From positions 1 to 64,000 of the forward strand of contig JBCCPL010000009.1 of the NCBI GenBank assembly GCA_039111155.1: DNA of 64,000 nucleotides, read 5' to 3'. A model generated the notes under the pieces. It did not search any database and was not told the origin of the DNA. It saw nothing but the letters and a program-made list of their open reading frames with translations. Both the position numbers and the translations under genes were made by a program. This DNA is from Pseudomonadota bacterium (lineage in GTDB: Bacteria; Pseudomonadota; Gammaproteobacteria; Pseudomonadales; Halieaceae). Of the stretch, positions 1 to 10,541 are shown piece by piece. Each line of letters begins with the position of its first letter. The first letter of the stretch is position 1.

Positions 1-881
1 GGCAGGGGAGATACGTCCGGATTGGGTCCGGCACAGTCAATGCCATGATCTGCGGGATAAGCAGCGTAGGGTTTGCTGAACATCTCTTTGGGATGAGAGC
101 GATGTGTGGCGACGTACTCAAAGCTACGCGGCAGCAGGTCCTGAGAAGGCGCCGATGGATCGCCATCAAACGTCTCTTCGAAGGCCCAGGTGAACACGGG
201 ATCCGGTGTGCTCTGCGAAAAAGAATTCTCTGAGATGCTGCTGGTAGACACCGCGACTAAGGCCGCAAGTACAAGAGTCTGGAATCGACTTTTCATTGTT
301 TTTGTAATTGTTCTAGTCATAGTTCTTGCCGTTGCCATCGGGGATTTGACGGGGAATACAAAGTGTTGTCGGGACACCCTGGCGCAGGTTCGCATAAACA
401 TGTCCTTCTTAGACTAGCGACAGCAACCGACCTTGTGTCGGTCCGATGGAATGCAGGGCGAGCTGGGCAGAACGCACATCTGGGAGCCGACTCACAAATC
501 ATCGGAAGCTCGTCTTCCTGAAAACAGGGTCTGTGCCGCGAATTTTTATTTCATGTCTATAGCAAAGACGAATGGGTCGGTTTCTTATTCTTCTGGGAAT
601 TGAAGAAAAACCTGCCTTGGCAGCTGCGCACTGTTTATGCGAGTACAGCAACCTCACTACTGCACCGGCAACTGGGGTAGGGGAGCTATTTAAAGCGATG
701 GCGGGGACCTCGCATGTTCTGTGTCGCACCGCGGTACCTGAAAACTGCGTTCTATGGCATAAAGCACCCGATAAAGTTCTACTAACGCCGACTTCGTGCA
801 GGTTGTAGATCGACTTGTAGTTCAAGGGAAACGAGGTGATCGCACTGTTCGCTGGACCCTCGATTATGGAATAGCACTCTG

Positions 882-1817
882 ATGCCCAGGCTGTCCGAAC
901 TCTTAATCAGCTGCTCCGACATCACGCAGACCGCGCGCTTCTTCGAGCATAGCCTCGGTCTTGATGCTGCTGCTATTCGCAATTCGCCATCGCCGCTGCC
1001 GAGTTGCGATTATCCGATCGCACGGGAACAACCTGTCTTTTCTCATGCTGATCCTGATTCCAAAAACGGGCAGCCAATCTTGCACCTTGTGGAATTCAGC
1101 ACACCAGGAATGCCGGTAAGAGCGGGAGCATCGAGCCATGACTCCTGCGCAAAAACCGTGAACTTTTTATGCCGTGATCTGCCGCAGGTCTACGAGAAGC
1201 TTGTCGCGAGAGGTGTCGTCTTTCGCTCTCGCTGGGTAGAGTATGAAAAAGCTGGAGTATCCTATTGTGATGTGCACGCCATCGGGCCGGATGAACTCAA
1301 TATCGGATTCTTAGAAATAGTCGATGGGCAGTACACAGTAAATCAACTCGGTATCGGACCGATCGCGGCGGTGTGCTTTACCGTACCTGAGATGGAGCCG
1401 GTGGATGCCCTCGTGGAAGGCATCGGAATGCCCTTGGTATTGGATGAGCATTTCGCCGGCCCATCGATGGAGACGATGCTCAATCTTCCGGTCGGTGCGA
1501 GCCTACACATGCGGCTTTATGGCGCAATTGAGGCCTGGGGCCGACTGGAGATTGTAAGTTACAACGGCGTAACGACGAGCAATCTGCACCGAAGCACGCT
1601 GCCACCGGGAACGGGTCTCCTTACTGCGCGGATCGCTGTGGACGATCTAGACCACTCACTACGATTGCTCGATCAGCGAGAGTCACGAGGGATTGTTTAT
1701 TCTCGTGGTGTGCGATCCGGACAGGTTCTAGGCGAGTCGGCACGAATCGCAGAAGTGGCGACCGATTTCGGTCTAAGCCTGGAACTGATCGAACGCCCCG
1801 GCCATCCCGGCGGGTAA
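882..1817 (+). CDS. VOC-family (glyoxalase/bleomycin-resistance/dioxygenase-like) two-domain protein; function uncertain
   Basis: 311-aa ORF. The N-terminus resembles the beta-alpha-beta-beta-beta VOC module start ('...ISCSDITQTARFFEHSLGL'). Recognition from memory only; no catalytic residues verified. Confidence 0.35.
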   Translation: MPRLSELLISCSDITQTARFFEHSLGLDAAAIRNSPSPLPSCDYPIAREQPVFSHADPDSKNGQPILHLVEFSTPGMPVRAGASSHDSCAKTVNFLCRDLPQVYEKLVARGVVFRSRWVEYEKAGVSYCDVHAIGPDELNIGFLEIVDGQYTVNQLGIGPIAAVCFTVPEMEPVDALVEGIGMPLVLDEHFAGPSMETMLNLPVGASLHMRLYGAIEAWGRLEIVSYNGVTTSNLHRSTLPPGTGLLTARIAVDDLDHSLRLLDQRESRGIVYSRGVRSGQVLGESARIAEVATDFGLSLELIERPGHPGG

Positions 1818-2019
1818 GGAGCCTGTGGACTCGCCCGAAGCGACGGCTTAATGGGACACTTCATGGCGCATAACCCAGCCCCGCGCTAGATCGAGCCAGG
1901 CGCTCTCGGTGTCTTGCCCCCCCAGCCACTGGCATTGTACGCCGGGCCTCCCGGGCTGTAGCTGAAAGTTACGTTAAATCCGTACTAACGACGGTACCTA
2001 ACGACCCGGCGATCCAGAG

Positions 2020-2535
2020 CTATAAGAGCGTTGGGTTGGGTGCGTCTCCGTAGACTTCCTTAGGGTCAAAGGACTTTTCGGACTCTTCGAAAACGAGCTC
2101 TGCTGGATCATCCGTTGCGCTTCCCAGCTTCACGGACCGGTAAAAACACGAGCGATATCCGACGTGACAACTAGCACCTGATCCTGCGACCTTTACACGC
2201 AGCCACACCGCATCCTGATCATCATCGATACGTAGTTCCACCACTTGTTGAACCAGCCCGCTTGTTGCGCCCTTGTGCCATAAGCACTGGCGGCTTCGGC
2301 TCCAGTAGTGGGCCTCGCCGGTCGAGATCGTAGCCGCTAGCGCGTCTCTGTTCATGTAGCCCAGCATAAGCACTTCGCCGCTTTCGCTGTCAGTGGTTAC
2401 GCATACAATTAGGCCATCTGGATCGAACTTTGGTGCCAACGTCACCCCTTCCTCGACCTGTTCGATAGAGGTCCGCAAGGCGAACTGCGGGTAATTCTGA
2501 GGGTCAGTACTGTCTGCACACATCGGGTACCTCAA
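2020..2535 (-). CDS. hisI: phosphoribosyl-AMP cyclohydrolase (HisI), standalone
   Basis: Conserved HisI core '[21 protein letters not shown]' and 'DCDQD'-like acidic region. About 40-aa N-terminal extension relative to typical HisI; the true start may be at the internal Met (~2523). Confidence 0.75.
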   Translation of the reverse strand: MRYPMCADSTDPQNYPQFALRTSIEQVEEGVTLAPKFDPDGLIVCVTTDSESGEVLMLGYMNRDALAATISTGEAHYWSRSRQCLWHKGATSGLVQQVVELRIDDDQDAVWLRVKVAGSGASCHVGYRSCFYRSVKLGSATDDPAELVFEESEKSFDPKEVYGDAPNPTLL

Positions 2536-2679
2536 CTGTCACTAGAAAAAAGCGCGCTAAGGTAGCATTTTCCGTGTAGATGCGACATGAAGCTAGAATG
2601 AAGTGTTCAGATTTAGCACACCTCGCACAGGCCGTTACCAAACGCCAGCTAAGTAGAATGTACTGGACATGAGGTCCTT

Positions 2680-3558
2680 ATGGCAGATCGAATTCTGATT
2701 GCAGGGTCGACGGGAACCAATGGTCGCGCATTGGTTCGGATGCTCCTGGATACCACCGATGTACGCGTGCGTGCGCTGGTGCGAGATCCGATGATGATCA
2801 CCGATGAGCTAATAGAAAAGCAGGGAAGCCGGTTTGAGTTCGTACAAGGGGACCTTATGGACCCCTCAAGCCTGGTTGCAGCGTTCGAGGGTGTCACCAG
2901 AGCATACATCGTCACCTCGATTCAGCCGCATGCCCGCAAACTATTTGAAAACTTTTTTCACGCCGCCGAAGCGGCCGATGTCAGTCATCTTGTAAAACTC
3001 TCAGGCCTTGGTTCTTCACCGGGGAGTGCATCAGAGATTATTCGGCAACATGGCGATACCGACCGCATGCTTCGAGAGACCGGTCTTCCCTACACGATCA
3101 TCCGGCCCAACTCGTTCCATCAAAACATGCTTGCGCAGTCCGCCGGAATTGCGGCTAACGATTGCTTCTATCTACCTCTGGGAGATGCTCTACAAAGCAC
3201 GATCGATATTTCGGATATCGCCGAGATCACCGCGTCCATACTGACTAGTGATGACCATTTTGGTCAAAGCTATGATCTAACGGGCCCCGAAAGCCTGAGC
3301 TTCCACGAGGTCGCGTCAATCCTGAGCGATGTGAGCGGCCGACAGATCACCTACCAGCCCGTGAGCCCCGCTCAGGCGGAATCCGCGTTTTTAGCCAATG
3401 GAATGCCGGAATGGACGGCGCGCGCACTCGCCGAGATCCAAGATTTGTTTGCAACGGGTGCCTACGCCGAAGTACTCCCTGACGCCGAGCGTTTGCTGGG
3501 CCGCAGGCCCCGAACTTTTGAGCGATTCGCCCGAGAGCACAGCGCAGCCTGGGCTTAG
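2680..3558 (+). CDS. NmrA-like / NAD(P)H-binding Rossmann-fold protein (atypical SDR)
   Basis: N-terminal 'ILIAGSTGTNGRALVRML' glycine-rich dinucleotide-binding motif; length 292 aa typical of the NmrA/HSCARG family. Confidence 0.7.
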   Translation: MADRILIAGSTGTNGRALVRMLLDTTDVRVRALVRDPMMITDELIEKQGSRFEFVQGDLMDPSSLVAAFEGVTRAYIVTSIQPHARKLFENFFHAAEAADVSHLVKLSGLGSSPGSASEIIRQHGDTDRMLRETGLPYTIIRPNSFHQNMLAQSAGIAANDCFYLPLGDALQSTIDISDIAEITASILTSDDHFGQSYDLTGPESLSFHEVASILSDVSGRQITYQPVSPAQAESAFLANGMPEWTARALAEIQDLFATGAYAEVLPDAERLLGRRPRTFERFAREHSAAWA

Positions 3559-4544
3559 CGTGCCGCGAGATCGGCTTCTGCAGCGATAAAGCCGAACGAA
3601 CTCCAGCTCGAGCCTTCCACGATGCGCTTCAGCAACGCATCAGACTTTGCCTGGTCTCCGTTGTAGTAATAGAAGTTTGCGAGCCCGTACGCAAAGGCCG
3701 CATTACTCGGATTGTCGGCGTTCACATCCAGTAGTTCATCAAGTGCGAGATCACCTTTGTAAAGTAGGCAGAGCCGGTGATAGCTCGCGTTTTCGATGAT
3801 GTTCATGTCCGCGTTGATGTCCTTGAGAGCCTGGTCAGCTGCTGTCGCGGCGCCCATTCGCCGCAGAATCATGTAAATCCAGTGCCCGGTGGAAACAAGG
3901 TTGTCGTCGTAGCCTCCGAGCCGATACCCGCTTTGAAAAGCCGCCAGTGCGAGAGGCCAGTCCTGCTTCAGGTAGTAGGCCAGTCCGAGGTGATACCAGA
4001 TGTTGCCCTGCGTAGTTGTGAGGGGGATGTTCTGCGCGTTCGGCAACCCGTCAGGCTCTACTTTCAGGTCCATACCCTGCATCAACACGACGGCGCGCTG
4101 GAAGTCGCTGATCGCAAGATCAAACTGACGAGTAGAGATATAGCGATGGCCACGGTGTCGGTAGAAGCGCGGATCGCTGGGGTGCTTCTCTATACCCTCG
4201 CCGAAAATCTCAATGGCGCGCTTGTAGTCCCCTGTGTAGGCGCTACGTCGTCCGTACCATATGATGTTGTCTGCATTGTTAGGGTCTGCCTCGTAGGCGA
4301 GCTGGGCTTTCGCCAATTTTGCAAGCGTCTCTTTACCCGGCTGCGCCGCGTACAGCGGTTTGCCGCTCAGCGAAACGGCCTGCGCTGGCTTCTGTGTCGA
4401 GGAAGACTGATCGTCTGCCATCGCCGGTGGTATGCGGATAGTGACCATCACTATCAATATGAATAGTTGGATCAGCTTGCGAATATTCACAGTCACTCCC
4501 TGTCTGTTGTTCGAAACGAAATCAAAACTGGGGGCAAAATTCAC
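3555..4544 (-). CDS. secreted tetratricopeptide-repeat (TPR) protein
   Basis: Hydrophobic signal-like N-terminus (LFILIVMVTIRIPPAMA), then repeated W/Y/G/A-rich TPR-like helices (e.g. 'AIEIFGEGIEKHPSDPRFYRHRGHRYISTRQFDLAISDFQRAV'). Confidence 0.6.
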   Translation of the reverse strand: MNFAPSFDFVSNNRQGVTVNIRKLIQLFILIVMVTIRIPPAMADDQSSSTQKPAQAVSLSGKPLYAAQPGKETLAKLAKAQLAYEADPNNADNIIWYGRRSAYTGDYKRAIEIFGEGIEKHPSDPRFYRHRGHRYISTRQFDLAISDFQRAVVLMQGMDLKVEPDGLPNAQNIPLTTTQGNIWYHLGLAYYLKQDWPLALAAFQSGYRLGGYDDNLVSTGHWIYMILRRMGAATAADQALKDINADMNIIENASYHRLCLLYKGDLALDELLDVNADNPSNAAFAYGLANFYYYNGDQAKSDALLKRIVEGSSWSSFGFIAAEADLAAR

Positions 4545-4882
4545 CCTCTGCCCAGCTTCGGTTATGGCGCTAAGTGGCCGCCGTGTATCTAAACGAATTC
4601 TAGAAGCGTAGTGCCTGGGTCAGGCATCAACGTTTCGTACGTGCTTGAGCTATATCTAATGCGCCTTGGTGTGTGAAGGCCTCACGCGATTCGTTCACCC
4701 AATCCTCGTTAGTCCTGGCTCATCCGTCGCGCAATCGCGGCAGGCATGAAACAGATGAACGAGGTTAACCGACACAGAAGTGTCATCTCGTTGACGCAAA
4801 CTCGGCAAATATCGGGAGTAGGGCGTACACGTTTATCACATCAGACACGACATCCTCAGCGTCACCTAAACACCCGAACAAA

Positions 4883-6109
4883 ATGGTCAGAGCAGTAGCC
4901 TCCTTTCGAGTCTGGATGGCCGTTGTTGCTCTTATCTACCTTCTTTTAATTGGTGTGGCCACCATTGGAGCCGGGTTCAAGTGGATATCCGGAGGGGCCG
5001 ATGGCGCAGCCGCGATTTTCGCTTTTGCTCGAAATCCGCTCTTTGGAGTGATTCTCGGTACTCTGGCAACGGCGCTCGTGCAATCGTCGAGCACGGTGAC
5101 CTCGGTGATTGTGGGCCTGGTCGCAGGCGGGGTCCCCGTGTCGATCGCTGTACCGATGATCATGGGCGCGAATATGGGAACGACGATCACCAATACGATC
5201 GTAAGCCTGGGCAACCTGAACGAGCGCGGTGCGTTTCGCAAATCTTTCGAAGCTGCCACCGTTCACGATTTCTTTAACCTCTACAGCATCCTGGTGTTCC
5301 TGCCGGTAGAGATTCTGTTTCACCCGCTGGAGCGGGTCGGGGCTGAGCTTTCTAAATTACTAGCTAGGGGCACAGGGTCAGCTGCTAGCGGTTTCAATCT
5401 TATTAATGAAGCTACAAGTCCTGCGGCAAAGTTAGTTTTGCAACTCTTCAGCCCATTACCACAAACCGCCGCGGCCCTTTGTACGATCGGCGTGGGTATT
5501 GGTTTTGTGATTGCCTCGGTGATCTACCTGGGCAGAGTACTTCAATCAGTTATGACTGGTAAGGCAAAGGGTATCGTAGACACCGCCATCGGTCGCGGAC
5601 CCATGTCGGGCATTGCCTCGGGCACGGTCGTCACTATTCTTGTTCAGTCTTCTTCGACAACAACCAGTCTGGTAGTGCCGCTCGCGGGAGCCGGTGTACT
5701 CACTACTCGCCAGGTTTATCCCTTTACCTTGGGCGCTAACATTGGCACCTGCGTAACGGCTCTGCTTGCAGCTATGTCGATCACCGGTACCAGTAAGATT
5801 TTCGCACTGCAGATCGCTATGGTGCATCAGCTCTACAACTTAATCGGAGTAGCTCTGTTCACCCTGACACCAGTGCTAAGAGAACTACCTGTTCGCTCCA
5901 GCGAATGGCTCGGATCTTTGGTTGACCGCAATCGTGTGTGGGCATTCGGCTACATCGGCGCCGTGTTTTTTGCGCTACCAGGGATGGTGTTCGGGATTGA
6001 GGCATTGCTGACAGACAGCGAAACCGACCAGCGCCTTAAACCGTGCGAGGAGCTTAAATCAGATTGCTATGACGAGCAGTCGGAGAGTGTGAACCTGAGC
6101 GTCGAATAG
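4883..6109 (+). CDS. Na+/phosphate cotransporter family II (NptA-like)
   Basis: Duplicated 'QSSSTVTSVIVGLVAGG' / 'QSSSTTTSLVVPLAGAG' signature repeats of the Na/Pi-cotransporter family; polytopic membrane protein. Confidence 0.8.
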   Translation: MVRAVASFRVWMAVVALIYLLLIGVATIGAGFKWISGGADGAAAIFAFARNPLFGVILGTLATALVQSSSTVTSVIVGLVAGGVPVSIAVPMIMGANMGTTITNTIVSLGNLNERGAFRKSFEAATVHDFFNLYSILVFLPVEILFHPLERVGAELSKLLARGTGSAASGFNLINEATSPAAKLVLQLFSPLPQTAAALCTIGVGIGFVIASVIYLGRVLQSVMTGKAKGIVDTAIGRGPMSGIASGTVVTILVQSSSTTTSLVVPLAGAGVLTTRQVYPFTLGANIGTCVTALLAAMSITGTSKIFALQIAMVHQLYNLIGVALFTLTPVLRELPVRSSEWLGSLVDRNRVWAFGYIGAVFFALPGMVFGIEALLTDSETDQRLKPCEELKSDCYDEQSESVNLSVE

Positions 6110-6283
6110 AAATGAGTTCAGAGGACTAGAGGCTGACTAAAACTGGTCTAGAAGTGAGGTAGAAGAAAGACGATACCGTTCAGTCTGAGAAATCTCAGGG
6201 GAGGGCAGAGGGCTGCAGCGCGAGGCGATATACGACCGTAGCCCAGCAGCACAGCCGGGACCCACGAGAAACCCAAGCAGAAC

Positions 6284-6709
6284 TTAAGCCGCTCGACGGC
6301 TTACGCCATAGGGGCTTGCGTAAGTGAGAAACAGATCCAAAGCGGCTTCCATGTCAGTCACAAGCGTAGACAGTTCATGCGCTGCAAACTCGAAACTGTT
6401 TGCCTGGAATGTTCGCTGAATCGCACTGGCCAGCTGCGATATTCTTGCGGCACCCACTCGATCGGCTGCGTCAACCACCGCTTGAGCGAGCTCCTCTGCC
6501 TTTAATCCAACGTCTTCGGAACGAGCATCGAGTGAGCGGTACTCGGCAACCATATCATTCATAAAGCAGTCGAATTCATCAACCAGAAGAGCGTACGACC
6601 TGTCCAGGCTGTCTCCGCCCGATGCAAGCGCGTGTTCAACCACACTTGAGTTGAGAGCGATCACCGGGGTGGCTGGCGCCAGGAGGGCAGTTTCTAGTTT
6701 CTGGTTCAT
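6284..6709 (-). CDS. hypothetical cytoplasmic protein (141 aa)
   Basis: Clean ORF with acidic, helical composition; no recognisable motif. Confidence 0.4.
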   Translation of the reverse strand: MNQKLETALLAPATPVIALNSSVVEHALASGGDSLDRSYALLVDEFDCFMNDMVAEYRSLDARSEDVGLKAEELAQAVVDAADRVGAARISQLASAIQRTFQANSFEFAAHELSTLVTDMEAALDLFLTYASPYGVSRRAA

Positions 6710-7305
6710 GCTTTTTTATCCTCGTTACCACTTAGGACTTGCAGTATGACGATTCCAGGCCGGCACTGGATCGAGTGCGACTGAATATGTGCTCATCGAC
6801 ACATCGTTATCTTATGTACGGCCCCGGTTGAGAAGGCGGTCACTTTTTTTTGCGTTCCGTGCCTTGATCGCCCCTAGTGAAGTGTTCGGCAGCGCCGTTT
6901 CGCTCTTTAAAGCAGCCGTCAATAGTGTGAGCTGGTACCGCTTTTCACCTCGCATGAGCCGGTCCGTTGACCTCAGAGCTCGCCAGCGTGTGGCGACGCC
7001 ATACCAGCATCAGAAGTCGTCAACGTCAGGCCGTCTTCTAGTTTTAGTTTGCGATAGTTTCTGGGGGCATTGTTGTTGGGTCATATCAGCCAGAACGGCA
7101 ACAAACCGATTTTCTGTGATCGTGTGTGCTTATAAACGCCGACTCTCCGGGTCTAACAATGTAAATACATGCGCATAATATGTATTATGTTAAATTAAGT
7201 CTGCGAATCGAAAGTCGGAGTGCAGGCTTGCTCTCTGGGCCTTTTTGCTTTTCCTGTTATGGCGCTTCGCTTTCCGTAGCCACTGAAAACGATCACTGTA
7301 GTACC

Positions 7306-7338
7306 GAAAGAAAAAAGGCGGTACTTACAAGCACCGCC
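7306..7338 (-). terminator. rho-independent terminator for the spondin/CHRD gene
   Basis: On the minus strand: GGCGGTGCTTGTAAGTACCGCC hairpin (6-bp GC stem) followed by TTTTTTCTTTC, about 33 nt after the stop at 7371. Confidence 0.55.
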
Positions 7339-7370
7339 CTTGAACGTAATCACTCTATGGTGCGTTTTTG

Positions 7371-8609
7371 CTAGTTGCGCCGCAGCCGCACCTGTCCTCT
7401 GATCTCACCCCCAGGGTTCGCCTCGGTGTGAAGGTTGATGTAGATATTGCCGGCCGCCATCTCGTTTAATAGGTTCAAGAAGGGATCATCGCCCTCGGCA
7501 AGCGGACCAACGACAGCTGAGCCATCGATCACCGTATCGATTATCTCGCCGTTGATGGCATCAGTAAGGTTGGCAACCACCGGACCGTTTGTGCCTTCCT
7601 GCCCAAGATGAAGGTGAGCCATAACGACCGGTCCGGACAATCGGCCCTGCGCAATGAACACATCCAGCTCCTGAGCGTTATAGGACGTGAGAGTGGCAAG
7701 ACCACCACCACGGCTTTGTACCGGTACAGCGGTGACTTCCTGACCTGGTGTCAGACGCGATGAGAAGAGTGTCTCCCGAGCCAGGTCGACAAAGCGGAAC
7801 GAAAACTCGGCCGCTCGATATGTGGACGCCAGAAAGTCGGCCATTCCGAAAATAGGATGACTCAAAACGCCATCGGGGAAGGCAAGACCGCTTAAGAACC
7901 CTTCATGAAGGATGACTCCCATACTTTCCGTAACGCCGGTATCCGGTGCGGCTTGGCCAAGAAAAGCGGTGTTGCCCGCGATCTCATCGTTTACTTCGGT
8001 ACCTGCATCGAGCACTTCGCTTCCGGCCACCACAAATGAACTGCCAACAAAACGCCCCTCCTCGTTAAAGAGCTCGTGCGCCAGCGGGTTACCGTTTGCG
8101 ATAAAGGCATCATTACTTGGGATAACCATGGAAGCGTAGCTGAAATAACGGTCGATAGAGGGCTCCACCTGCAGCGTGATGGCCGAACGATCACCAGGAG
8201 CAAATGGTCCCGTCGGTCCAAACATCGTTGCCTGAGGCGCACCAGGTAAGAGATCCTCGAATGCCTCGGTTATAGGCCCGGTTGCGCCATCTTCTGCGAG
8301 CCTCTCTACCGCTGGAGACGGAACGAGGCCTGCGGCACCTAGAGGTACATTGCGATCATATGTATCGAAAGAGCCGTCGTGTATCCCGACCCAGAAAGGA
8401 GTTTGTGCAGCGCCGCGAGAAGGTGCGCTGTTTGTCACGTTAATGATGATCGACGGAAGCGAAAGTTCGCCGTCATCATCATCGGTATCTTGCGCTCCTG
8501 CGGTGTGCGCCAGCATGCCCATCATGACAGCGGTCAGCGCGATCGATAGTGTGGTCTTCTTAGTTTTCATATTCCTTACCTGCCGGGCCGGCCTGCGTAG
8601 GCCGGTCAC
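7371..8609 (-). CDS. secreted spondin_N-domain + CHRD-domain protein
   Basis: Signal peptide (MKTKKTTLSIALTAVMMGMLAHTAGA) and acidic linker (DTDDDDGE). N-terminal half carries 'TPFWVGIHDGSFDTYDRN...LAEDG', characteristic of bacterial spondin_N proteins. C-terminal half carries 'LSGPVVMAHLHLGQEGTNGPVVANL', a CHRD-like motif. Confidence 0.55.
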   Translation of the reverse strand: MTGLRRPARQVRNMKTKKTTLSIALTAVMMGMLAHTAGAQDTDDDDGELSLPSIIINVTNSAPSRGAAQTPFWVGIHDGSFDTYDRNVPLGAAGLVPSPAVERLAEDGATGPITEAFEDLLPGAPQATMFGPTGPFAPGDRSAITLQVEPSIDRYFSYASMVIPSNDAFIANGNPLAHELFNEEGRFVGSSFVVAGSEVLDAGTEVNDEIAGNTAFLGQAAPDTGVTESMGVILHEGFLSGLAFPDGVLSHPIFGMADFLASTYRAAEFSFRFVDLARETLFSSRLTPGQEVTAVPVQSRGGGLATLTSYNAQELDVFIAQGRLSGPVVMAHLHLGQEGTNGPVVANLTDAINGEIIDTVIDGSAVVGPLAEGDDPFLNLLNEMAAGNIYINLHTEANPGGEIRGQVRLRRN

Positions 8610-8972
8610 AGTCGCCGAGTGAGCGAGCCGTCGACCCTGTGTCGAGCGGTCTCACAGGCTAAGAGGCAGCTGGTCGACATTCGGTTCAAGCCATAGAAAT
8701 TTTTTTGATAAGGCGGCGGAAATCGCTGACTCTAAGGCGGGTGCGCCCTTCTGCCCCGCTATTGGACGCGAGACCACAAGACTTTTGTCATGGCGCCTGA
8801 GTAGCTGGTTGGTTGAGCTTGGAAAACGACGGCATGCCAGCAGGCTGTTAAAAAACGTAGCGAGGAGTGGATTCTGCATGGCACAGGTCAGCCTGCAACG
8901 CCGCAGAACCCGTCCGCAGATACGTTCGAGATCTTTCTAGCGGTGCTGATTGATTGGTATTAGCATCATCCC

Positions 8973-9491
8973 ATGACCGCACTGACACCCTCCTCTTCAC
9001 AACCCACTGCTGTTCAGCAGGCACTGGGTCTGCTCACCGCTGTTCTGGTTTGTTTCGCAGTGTCTGCAGTCGGCGCAGCCGCATCTTTTCAGGCGCGCGC
9101 GTTCTACGGCGACCTGGCGCAGCCCGACTGGGCACCGCCGGGCTGGCTGTTTGGCCCCGTCTGGACGGTGCTGTTTCTGCTCATGGCCGTGTCGGTTTGG
9201 TTAGTTTGGCGTGCAGGAGGCTTTCGGGAACGTCCTTGGGTCGCCTGGGTATTCATCGCCCAGCTCGCGTGTAATGCGCTATGGAGCTGGCTGTTCTTCG
9301 CATGGCAGCTGGGGTTACCTGCACTGCTTGATATCGTCGCGCTTTGGTCGCTGATCGCCTTATCGATCGTCGGATTCTGGAGTATCACCCGCCTGGCCGG
9401 TGCCCTGTTAATGCCCTATTTATTGTGGGTCAGCTTTGCCATGGCACTCAATTATTTTCTGCTTGAGCTCAACCCTGCGGTTCTTGGCTAG
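8973..9491 (+). CDS. tspO: TspO/MBR family tryptophan-rich sensory protein
   Basis: Five-TM, Trp-rich protein with 'WAPPGWLFGPVWTVLFLLMAVSVWLVW', typical of TspO/MBR. Confidence 0.8.
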   Translation: MTALTPSSSQPTAVQQALGLLTAVLVCFAVSAVGAAASFQARAFYGDLAQPDWAPPGWLFGPVWTVLFLLMAVSVWLVWRAGGFRERPWVAWVFIAQLACNALWSWLFFAWQLGLPALLDIVALWSLIALSIVGFWSITRLAGALLMPYLLWVSFAMALNYFLLELNPAVLG

Positions 9492-10102
9492 TCACTCCAG
9501 GATTTGATGACCTCCCCCGCGCGCTCCTTCGCCGCTAATCGTCGACAAAGACCCGAATTCCAGCGCGACCATTGGTCGACCGCCGCAACTAGGGCTTCGG
9601 AAATTCCGCCCTCCCCTTTGCGGCTTACGGCCACAACGTTTTGCGGTGTCGCGTCACTCCGTCCATAACTCGACACAAGCACGCTGGTAAAGGGCTTTAG
9701 CAGGGATCGAAACCCCTCGGGAGTGAATCGCCAATAGTCGTTCGGATACCCATGGATGGGAAACTCAAACACAGAGCTCATCACGAGCACACCACCAGGC
9801 TTTAAGACGCGGTACATCTCTTCGACCGCTGTCCACGGTCTTTCGACATGCTCAAGTGTGTCCAGGCAAACAGCGAAGCCGACAGAATCATCAGGCAAGT
9901 CAAGGCCATGCAGATCCAAGACCTGATCTACACCAGGGCCCTCTCGCATGTCTGCGCCGATGAATGTGTGATCGGTAAACAGAGGACGTAGATCTTCGAG
10001 AGTCGAGCCGGATACCTGAAGCGCGCCAAATTCGTAGACCGGTCCGGCCCACACAAGATGCTCGATACAAAGCTTCAGAAAATCGCGATTGGTCTTCTGC
10101 AT
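9488..10102 (-). CDS. class I SAM-dependent methyltransferase (type 11-like)
   Basis: 'VLDLHGLDLPDDSVGFAVCLDTLEHV' and 'LKPGGVLVMS' motifs of Methyltransf_11. Convergent with tspO; 4-nt overlap. Confidence 0.7.
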   Translation of the reverse strand: MQKTNRDFLKLCIEHLVWAGPVYEFGALQVSGSTLEDLRPLFTDHTFIGADMREGPGVDQVLDLHGLDLPDDSVGFAVCLDTLEHVERPWTAVEEMYRVLKPGGVLVMSSVFEFPIHGYPNDYWRFTPEGFRSLLKPFTSVLVSSYGRSDATPQNVVAVSRKGEGGISEALVAAVDQWSRWNSGLCRRLAAKERAGEVIKSWSD

Positions 10103-10289
10103 GGCTAGATGATATCGCGCCCGACTACGTCACTGGATGCATTCTTTACCTTTAAATGCGATTGATTGCTGACCGCATTTGTGCCGATAATAAACGTCTT
10201 ACTTAGTAACAGTTCTTTTCGGGACCTCAGGCGCCGTTTGCGTCGTTTAAGACCCTAATCTCGGACGATAGTAGACAGATAGTGAACAA

Positions 10290-10541
10290 ATGCTTCAAAT
10301 AGCATCGCTTCTCAGCCTGATTGCTTCTCTGATGACATTCGTTGGCATCCGAAGGTTCGCGGGATGGCACCGGCGTGGCTTGCTGACGGGCGCTCTTGCA
10401 GTGTTTGTGCTGTCCAGCATCATGGCCAAGCAGCCTTATGGTTACTGGACGGGCTTCTACGTGATGCTGTCGGTTTTCTTTTTGGGGTGCATTACCCTAC
10501 CGTGGGGTGTGTTTTGGTGGAAAGAGCGCCGTGCTGCCTAA
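10290..10541 (+). CDS. small hydrophobic membrane protein (83 aa)
   Basis: Two predicted TM helices. Lies upstream of the PepSY gene and overlaps the next small ORF. Weak support. Confidence 0.3.
   Translation: MLQIASLLSLIASLMTFVGIRRFAGWHRRGLLTGALAVFVLSSIMAKQPYGYWTGFYVMLSVFFLGCITLPWGVFWWKERRAA

Noticed and set aside
4936-5323. Two minus-strand ORFs (107 and 125 aa) overlapping the Na/Pi cotransporter
   Set aside because: Nested in the signature QSSST repeat region of a well-supported transporter gene. Arg/His-rich composition typical of antisense frames in GC-rich DNA.
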